This document shows positions 57,731 to 64,000 of a stretch of DNA of 64,000 nucleotides, piece after piece (position 1 is the first letter of the stretch; each line of letters opens with the position of its first letter). Source of the stretch: Marmoricola sp. (GTDB lineage: Bacteria > Actinomycetota > Actinomycetes > Propionibacteriales > Nocardioidaceae); contig JBKJHO010000028.1 in NCBI GenBank assembly GCA_046598915.1, forward strand, positions 2,039 to 66,038, in the 5' to 3' direction. The position numbers and the translations under genes are program-made. The notes beneath the pieces were generated by a model. It was given only the letters and a program-made list of their open reading frames with translations, ran no database searches and was not told the DNA's origin.

Positions 57731-60076
57731 GTGAACTCCGCCCCCTTCGCCAACGAGCTCCTCGTCCCCCTCGCGTGGCAGGCGGGTGGTGCCTCGCGGG
57801 CCTTCAACCCGACCCTCGCGGCCGTCCCCGGCGGGTATGCGATGTGCTACCGAGTGGTCCAGGAGGGTTCAGACCTGCGTCGGTTCGCCACCTGCCGGCT
57901 CGACACCGACCTCCAGGTCGTCGACGGTTCGGTAACAGCGCTCTCGGACGAGGTCACCTTCGTCGACCAGACCCTGCCGGAACGTTCGCTGGTCTGGCAC
58001 GCGGACCCGCGGTACGTCCGGCTGGGCGGTGAGCTCTACCTGCTCTGGAACGACGGCGCTCTGCGCCCTGCGAACCACCAGTTCCTGGCCTCGGTGACGT
58101 CAGACGGCCTGCACCTGGCCGGCCCGGCTCGCGAGCTCACCACCCCGAACCGGCGGACGGTCGAGAAGAACTGGGCTCCGTTCGAGGTCGACGGGAAAGT
58201 CTTCCTCACCTACAAGTCGCGACCGCACGTGGTGCTTTCGCTCGACCTCGACGACCGCGCCGAGAGGCTCGTCGCCGAGCCTGCGTACCAGAGCGGTTTC
58301 GCGAGCACCTACGAGATGATGTTCGGCATTCTCCGCGGCGGCGCGCAGCCGGTCCGCGACGGTGACAGCTTCCTGGTCCTGGGTCACTCGAGCTTCGTCG
58401 GAGTGCACGGGCGCACCTACCGGGCGGCGTTCATGCGGATCGATGCGCAGGCCCCGTTCCGGGTCACCGAGATGTCGACGGTGCCATTCGACCTACCCAA
58501 CGAGCTGGGGGTCGACGTCGCCTTCGAGCGTCTGAACGAGCTGGTCGGGGACGTCATCTACCCGTGCGGGTTGGTCCCTGACGGTGACGACTGGGTCGTC
58601 TCGTACGGGATCAACGACGAGCGGTGCGCGGTCGCGCGGGTCAAGCGGGCCGACGTCGCGGCCTCGATGGGTCCGGTCGAGACGTCGTTCATCATGAGCC
58701 AGGACGAGCCGCGTGCGGGCGGTGGGCGCTCGCTGATCTCCCGCCTGCGCAAGGACAAGATCGTGGAGGCGACGGCGCCGGCCGGTTCCACGTTGCCGCT
58801 CTTCTGGTACGACGCCAAGAACACAGCCTTCGACGGGGTCAGCAGCCGACGGATCTTCCGGACCGGCAACTTCGGGGACATCGCCTCCAGGGATGTCGTC
58901 GAGAAGGTCGCCGGGATGAAGACCAGCAAGCCGATCGAGGGCCGGCCACGCCTGCTCGGGATCGGCTCAGTGCTGCACCGGGCACAGCCCGGCGACGTGG
59001 TCTGGGGCTCGGGCGTCAAAGGCGGTACGGCCCCCCTGCCCGAGGGGCTCGACATCACGGTCGCCGCGGTCCGCGGCCCGCACTCGGTCGAGTATCTGAA
59101 GAACAGCGGTATCGACACCTCGCGCATCACCGAGCTCTTCGACCCGGGCTGCCTGCTGCCGCACCTGTTCGCGGACAAGATCGCTACCTTCGAGCCTCGC
59201 GGCGGTGACCGGATCATCCCGCACTACCGCGACGACATGATGCTGCGCCGGTCGCACTACGCCCGCATCGACGACTTCGTCTCCGTCGATCGCAGCCCGC
59301 TGAACATGATCAAGCAGATCGTCGGCGCCGACCGTGTGTTCTCGAGCTCTCTGCACGGCGTGATCTTTGCCGAATCCCTCGGCATCCCGGCGTACTGGCT
59401 TGCACCGATCGGCAACGAGGACGAGCTGAAGTACTACGACTACTACTACGGCACGGACCGGCACGACGTGAAGCGCTTCGAGTCGCTCGAGGAGGCGCTG
59501 CGTTCGGACCCAATGCCGCTGCCCGCCTTCCGCCCCGAGGCCTACCTGGCGACCTTCCCGACCGACGTACTCGGTGCCCTGACGTTCCAGGGGGTCCGAC
59601 CCGGTCAGCGGCTGGATCTGCTGCACTTCGACAAGAAGGCTCTCGGCGGGGCCATCGCGCACTCCGGTTTCGGGTTACGCGATCACCGCGGGATGTGGAT
59701 GACCGGCGAGCACGCCTCGCTGGCAACGACGTTGCGCGCGGAGCCAGGCGAGCTGGTGCATGTCGCGATCGCGCTGCGTCCGTTCAACCCGGCCAAGCTG
59801 CGGAGCCCGCAGTCGCTCCGGGTCTCCGCGAACGGCGGCCCGGCGAGCGTGGTCGACTGGAAGGTCGGCAAGCGGGATTCCCTCGAGGTGGTTCTGGAGG
59901 TCGAGGCCTCGGCCGCGGAAACGTCACTCACGATCAACTTCGAGGCCCGGCACGCCGTGTCTCCCAAGGCGATGAACAACGCCGACATCGCCGAGAACGT
60001 CGCCGCGATCGTGATGGGCCTGCGGGTCTCGACGATGGAGCAACCTGCTCCGGCCTTGAAGGCGAAGGGCGTCTGA
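57731..60076 (+). CDS. Fusion of GH130-like beta-propeller, ExoV-like polysaccharide pyruvyltransferase and C-terminal beta-sandwich
   Basis: FNP, ADPR, EKNW, RGG, IYPCG, YGIND; then GNFGD, IGSVL, WGSG, AVRGP, DPG, IPHY, SSSLHG, KYYDYY. Confidence 0.8.
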   Translation: MNSAPFANELLVPLAWQAGGASRAFNPTLAAVPGGYAMCYRVVQEGSDLRRFATCRLDTDLQVVDGSVTALSDEVTFVDQTLPERSLVWHADPRYVRLGGELYLLWNDGALRPANHQFLASVTSDGLHLAGPARELTTPNRRTVEKNWAPFEVDGKVFLTYKSRPHVVLSLDLDDRAERLVAEPAYQSGFASTYEMMFGILRGGAQPVRDGDSFLVLGHSSFVGVHGRTYRAAFMRIDAQAPFRVTEMSTVPFDLPNELGVDVAFERLNELVGDVIYPCGLVPDGDDWVVSYGINDERCAVARVKRADVAASMGPVETSFIMSQDEPRAGGGRSLISRLRKDKIVEATAPAGSTLPLFWYDAKNTAFDGVSSRRIFRTGNFGDIASRDVVEKVAGMKTSKPIEGRPRLLGIGSVLHRAQPGDVVWGSGVKGGTAPLPEGLDITVAAVRGPHSVEYLKNSGIDTSRITELFDPGCLLPHLFADKIATFEPRGGDRIIPHYRDDMMLRRSHYARIDDFVSVDRSPLNMIKQIVGADRVFSSSLHGVIFAESLGIPAYWLAPIGNEDELKYYDYYYGTDRHDVKRFESLEEALRSDPMPLPAFRPEAYLATFPTDVLGALTFQGVRPGQRLDLLHFDKKALGGAIAHSGFGLRDHRGMWMTGEHASLATTLRAEPGELVHVAIALRPFNPAKLRSPQSLRVSANGGPASVVDWKVGKRDSLEVVLEVEASAAETSLTINFEARHAVSPKAMNNADIAENVAAIVMGLRVSTMEQPAPALKAKGV

Positions 60077-60089
60077 CCCGGCCGGCCTG

Positions 60090-61922
60090 CTAGGCCTCGA
60101 CCTCTTCCTCGTCGAAGGCCTCGGCGAGCTCGTCGTAGCGCTCTGTGTAGGTGGCCATCGCATCCTGCAGAGCGTCCTCGATGCCGTCGAGCACGCTCGG
60201 CGCGATCGTGACCGTGTTGAGCAGGTCGTCGAAGTTCGTGGCGGTCAGGTCGGGAGCGACCGTCGTCGGCAGGACGACGGGCAGGTCCAGACCGAGGGCG
60301 TGGTCCTCGTAGGCGAACGCCTGGACCGGGCTCGGCTCACCGAAGGTGACCGGCGCGACCGGCACGGCAAAGCTCTGGCACAGCGCCATCACCGCGAGGC
60401 TGGAGGTGACGACACCGTCGTACCCGACGAGATCGGTGAGGAAGGCGCGGATCGCGTCCGGGCGGGAGGCGAACGGGCTCAACTCGTCGATCCGGTCGCC
60501 GGTGATGACGTCGAATTTGGTGTGCTCGTAGTGCCGGACCAGCGCGAGTCGGCCGTTGGTCTCCTTGCGGCGAACCGGCAGTGCCCGCGACGCGAGGACC
60601 AGTGGGTCGCCGTACCGGGTGGCGGCCCTGCCGGCGACCAACTCGGCCGTGCGCGGCCCGCGGACCGAGACGTACGTCGCGTTCGGGTGAAGCACGTCGT
60701 TCGGCAGCGCGCCGAGACCGACGGCGATGGAGCTGCCGCTGAGGTGCCGGGCCACGCGCCCGTGCATCACCAGGTGCGGGAAGTCCGCCGGCGGGGTGGC
60801 GTAGCTGACCGGGTTACCGGAGACGTACTTGAGGAGCAGCGGGTTGATCCAGTCGGTGGCCATGCCCGGGAACGGCCGGATCTGCCACAGCAGCGCGGTC
60901 GCGGGGGCATCGCCCTCCTGGGAGTAGCGGGCGAATGCCTCCGCGGCGTGCTGGGCGTTGAGCTCCAGGTCGCTGGGCCGACCGTCGCGGCGCAGCAGCG
61001 TCGCGACCTCCCGAACGTTCTCGGGCTCGCCCCGCTGGCCGGCGGTGAGCATCCGGTTGACCAGGTCCGACCGTTTGGAGTCGGAGAACGCCGGCGGCAC
61101 CGCGGTCTCCCCGTCCTCGAGGTCGTCCTCGTCGTCGACGCCTTCGTCGCCCCCGATTCCCCGACGGGCACTGGCCCGACCGAACCGCATCGCGCCACCG
61201 GAGAGCTGGCTGAGCTGGCCGTAGAGCAGCCGCATGCCGAGCAGCATCACGATGGCGTCCGTAGGTCCGATCCGCCCGCGCAGGGTGAACAGCAGTACGG
61301 CGGCCAGGGCGATCGCCATCGCGAGGCTGGACAGGGCCGCGCCGAGCTCGGCATCGAGGAGTCGCTGGCGGACCCGGTCGCCCACCTCGGTGGGGGTGGG
61401 GGTGTTCGACTTGACGTAGCCGATCTGCTTGTTGAGGTTGCGCGAGTAGAGCACCGAGATAAGCGTCATCACCAGGGCCACGATCACGGCGTTGACGATG
61501 CCCACGAAGCCGTCGAGGAAGATGAACAGGACTGTGAGGATCGTTGCCTGGACCAGCGCGACGGTGACGATCGAGAGCTCGAAGGCGAGCGCCCACTCCC
61601 AAGCGGCCCGGGACGCCTGGGAGTTGCCCGCGGAGACCCGGAAGGCGTACCGCACCGCGATCACGCGGGCGAACCTGCTCCAGTGGTGGATGCCCCGGGT
61701 CACGGCGAAGAGGAGGAAGAAAATCGCGGCCTGCTGGTAGACGCGGCTCGGGTCCTCGGCGTAGATCTTCTGGCCGCGGGTGATCAGGTGCGAGAACATC
61801 CGGATGACCAGCAGCTCAGCGACCGGAACCAAGGCGATCAGCAGGATCATCGCGATGACGGCGATCTTGGCCCCGACGGTCGTGAATAGGGACCGGAAGG
61901 TCGCGAGGAGTTGGCGGAACAC
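60090..61922 (-). CDS. Fusion of multi-TM (ABC-membrane-like) domain and degenerate ExoV-like pyruvyltransferase
   Basis: About 6 TM helices, acidic linker, then SVRGPRT, YGDP, VRHY, VTSSL. Confidence 0.7.
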   Translation of the reverse strand: MFRQLLATFRSLFTTVGAKIAVIAMILLIALVPVAELLVIRMFSHLITRGQKIYAEDPSRVYQQAAIFFLLFAVTRGIHHWSRFARVIAVRYAFRVSAGNSQASRAAWEWALAFELSIVTVALVQATILTVLFIFLDGFVGIVNAVIVALVMTLISVLYSRNLNKQIGYVKSNTPTPTEVGDRVRQRLLDAELGAALSSLAMAIALAAVLLFTLRGRIGPTDAIVMLLGMRLLYGQLSQLSGGAMRFGRASARRGIGGDEGVDDEDDLEDGETAVPPAFSDSKRSDLVNRMLTAGQRGEPENVREVATLLRRDGRPSDLELNAQHAAEAFARYSQEGDAPATALLWQIRPFPGMATDWINPLLLKYVSGNPVSYATPPADFPHLVMHGRVARHLSGSSIAVGLGALPNDVLHPNATYVSVRGPRTAELVAGRAATRYGDPLVLASRALPVRRKETNGRLALVRHYEHTKFDVITGDRIDELSPFASRPDAIRAFLTDLVGYDGVVTSSLAVMALCQSFAVPVAPVTFGEPSPVQAFAYEDHALGLDLPVVLPTTVAPDLTATNFDDLLNTVTIAPSVLDGIEDALQDAMATYTERYDELAEAFDEEEVEA

Positions 61923-62024
61923 GTCAGACGGTTCTCGGCAGCGGGTGCATCACGGAGAACATCTTGCCGTATGCCCGGGTGCGGGTTCTCGTCCTGTGTC
62001 CGTGGTTCCGGGCAGGATGTCGCC

Positions 62025-62399
62025 ATGGCGTACGACGAAGAGCTGGCGGAGCGGGTCCGGATCGTCCTGGAGGCGCGCGTCGAGTTCGCCGAGCTTGCGA
62101 TGTTCGGCGGCCTGGCGTTCATGGTCAACACGCACCTAGCCTGCGGGCTGATGAGCCAGGGCCTGATGGTCCGGGTCGGCAAGCCCGGGTACGCCGCAGC
62201 CCTCGAACGCGGGGCGGAGGAGCTGCAGATGGGCGCCCGGACCATGCGCGGGATGGTCCTCGTCCCCGGTGATCTGGTCGCCGGCGACGACGGCTTGGAG
62301 TCGTGGGTGGGGTCCGGTGTGGAGTTCGCGCTCGCCGAACCGCCGAAGAAGCAGAAGGTGCAGACCCGGCCCGCGTCATCGAGCGCGCCTAGGACCTAG
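62025..62399 (+). CDS. TfoX N-terminal domain protein
   Basis: MAYDEELAERVR...MFGGLAFMVN...LMVRVG. Confidence 0.88.
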   Translation: MAYDEELAERVRIVLEARVEFAELAMFGGLAFMVNTHLACGLMSQGLMVRVGKPGYAAALERGAEELQMGARTMRGMVLVPGDLVAGDDGLESWVGSGVEFALAEPPKKQKVQTRPASSSAPRT

Positions 62400-62409
62400 T
62401 GGCGACGAA

Positions 62410-62436
62410 GAAGCCCGGGCCGATGGCCCGGGCTTC
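62410..62436 (-). terminator. Terminator of tRNA-Ser (probably bidirectional)
   Basis: GAAGCCCGGGCC-gat-GGCCCGGGCTTC followed by TTCGT on the minus strand. Confidence 0.75.
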
Positions 62437-62463
62437 CCACGTGATGTCGCGACTCATCACATC

Positions 62464-62550
62464 GGCGGAGGATAGGGGATTCGAACCCCTGAGAGCTTTC
62501 ACTCAACCCGCTTTCCAAGCGAGCGCCATAGGCCACTAGGCGAATCCTCC
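62464..62550 (-). tRNA. tRNA-Ser(GGA)
   Basis: GGAGGAT/ATCCTCC acceptor stem, anticodon loop TTGGAAA, long variable arm, GGTTCGAATCC T-loop; 3' end reads G-CC-G, so CCA is incompletely encoded. Confidence 0.95.
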
Positions 62551-62612
62551 GTCGGGAAGGTTACCCGCCCGGATTCGCCCCCGCGAAATCGGTCTCCTAG
62601 ACTCCCTCCTAA

Positions 62613-62696
62613 CCCCCCATGCGGCGGTATCTCACTGAACTCCCCCAGGGCCGGAAGGCAGCAAGGGCAGGTGGGCTCTTCCGGGTGCATGGGGGG
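62613..62696 (+). ncRNA. ffs: Signal recognition particle RNA (small, 4.5S type)
   Basis: CAGGGCCGGAAGGCAGCA helix-8 motif; terminal CCCCCCATGC/GCATGGGGGG pairing; tRNA-Ser-ffs-dnaX context. Confidence 0.93.
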
Positions 62697-62742
62697 CCTC
62701 TGCTTGTGGGGGTTCTGTCCGGTTTGTGCCTAGGATCGTGAG

Positions 62743-63699
62743 ATGTCGATCGGGCGCGCACGACCAGGGGTCCTGCTCGGTGCTGCCCTGCTGGTTCTGA
62801 CGGCTTGTGGCGGAGGTACTTCGTCGGACGGGCCGGCGGCGGCCGCCTCGAGAACGGCGAGCCCGACGCCGACCGCTGAAGGCAACGGTCCGGCGGTGCC
62901 GGAGCTGGACCTGGACCTGGACTTCCTCGATTTCGTCCTCACCCCAGGGCCGACCGCACGCGCTGCGCTGCGGAGCGACCGGGTCTTCGGTGCCGACGTG
63001 GGCTGGCCGCAGTGCCCGGACGGGATGGGGATCCCAGAGCGCCGGGCCTCGGGCCAGCCGATGCCGACCAAGGCGGCCGAGTTCGTCATCATCGGCCTCA
63101 CCAACGGGCCGTCCTTCACCACGAATCCGTGCTTGGCCAGCCAGGTCCGCTACGTCGACGACCGGAACCTGCTCGGGGCGGCGTACGCGGTGCACAGCTT
63201 CCCGGACGCCCGCACCCTGCGCCGGTACGGCGGCAGCGGTCCGTTCGACTCCGGGACCCGCGCCGGGAAGTTGCGAAACGCCGGACACGCGGCGGCCCGG
63301 TTCAACCAGGCCACGATGCGCCGGGCGGGCATGCGGAGCCCGGTGATCTGGATCGACGTCGAACCGGTCGGGCTCTTCCCGTGGAGCGGGAGCAAAGGGG
63401 CCAACTCGGCGGTGGTCCAGGGCGCGATACGGGGATATCAGGACGCCGGTTTCCGGATCGGGTTCTACTCCACGAAGTTCCTCTGGCGCAAGATCGTCGG
63501 CGACCTCCGGACCGGCGCCCCGGAGTGGCGGGCAGCGGGGCAGACCTCGATGGCCGAGGCACTCCGGCGGTGCGGGACGAGCTCGTCATTCCAGGGCGGT
63601 CGGGGCGTCCTCGGGCAATGGGTGGAAGCTGGCCGGGACCGGAATGTCACCTGTCCTGGCGCTACCACCAGCCTGGCGGAGTGGTTTCACCAGTATTGA
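62743..63699 (+). CDS. Lipoprotein with GH25/DUF1906-like glycoside hydrolase domain
   Basis: Lipobox LTAC; GADVGWPQC, WIDVE, GFYST, QW. Confidence 0.7.
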   Translation: MSIGRARPGVLLGAALLVLTACGGGTSSDGPAAAASRTASPTPTAEGNGPAVPELDLDLDFLDFVLTPGPTARAALRSDRVFGADVGWPQCPDGMGIPERRASGQPMPTKAAEFVIIGLTNGPSFTTNPCLASQVRYVDDRNLLGAAYAVHSFPDARTLRRYGGSGPFDSGTRAGKLRNAGHAAARFNQATMRRAGMRSPVIWIDVEPVGLFPWSGSKGANSAVVQGAIRGYQDAGFRIGFYSTKFLWRKIVGDLRTGAPEWRAAGQTSMAEALRRCGTSSSFQGGRGVLGQWVEAGRDRNVTCPGATTSLAEWFHQY

Positions 63700-63768
63700 G
63701 CGCGTCCTGGGGCGAGACGGACCGAGCGCGCCCGACTGTTTGTCCCCGGCAGTGGTTAGGGTTTGGGT

Positions 63769-64000
63769 GTGGAGCACAACCTCGCTTTATACCGCCGGTA
63801 CCGGCCGGAGTCGTTCGCCGAGGTGATCGGGCAGGACCACGTCACCAACCCGCTCCGGGCGGCGCTAGCCAGCAACCGGGTCAACCACGCCTACCTCTTC
63901 TCCGGCCCTCGCGGCTGTGGCAAGACCACCAGCGCGCGGATCCTGGCCCGGGCGCTGAACTGCGAGAAGGCGCCGATCGCCGATCCATGCGGTGAGTGCC
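63769..64000 (+). CDS. dnaX: DNA polymerase III subunit gamma/tau (5' part, truncated by window)
   Basis: LALYRRYRPESFAEVIGQDHV...HAYLFSGPRGCGKTTSARILARALNC. Confidence 0.97.
   Translation, partial: MEHNLALYRRYRPESFAEVIGQDHVTNPLRAALASNRVNHAYLFSGPRGCGKTTSARILARALNCEKAPIADPCGEC

Noticed and set aside
57500-62550. Genomic island integrated at tRNA-Ser
   Set aside because: No integrase and no duplicated tRNA 3' end found by eye in the window
63787-63789. TTA codon in dnaX as bldA-type control
   Set aside because: A single rare codon near the start; nothing indicates a Streptomyces-like bldA system

Overview
High-GC actinobacterial chromosome segment whose gene content suggests Nocardioidaceae (inference). 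It holds about 65 densely packed CDSs, tRNA-Ser(GGA), the SRP RNA ffs and the 5' end of dnaX. Lipid, steroid and terpene catabolism dominate: a CYP125-like and a CYP130-like P450, an aldehyde dehydrogenase and a ketosteroid-dehydrogenase-like flavoprotein that each carry a KstR-type operator, a complete atuA/acyl-CoA carboxylase operon, and a sulfotransferase/DUF1214-like/SDR module. No integrase, transposase, prophage or CRISPR array was seen. The four most unusual observations are: (1) a cNMP-binding protein plus a membrane class III cyclase with non-adenylyl specificity residues (Asp/Ala), followed by a gamma-carbonic anhydrase; (2) a convergent pair of multidomain ExoV-like pyruvyltransferase fusions, one joined to a GH130-like propeller and the other degenerate and joined to a 6-TM domain; (3) a ~23-bp REP-like element fixed repeatedly inside atu-operon coding sequences and translated as STSST/STGS linkers; (4) widespread leaderless gene starts. 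All family assignments come from motif recognition by eye; no database searches were run.
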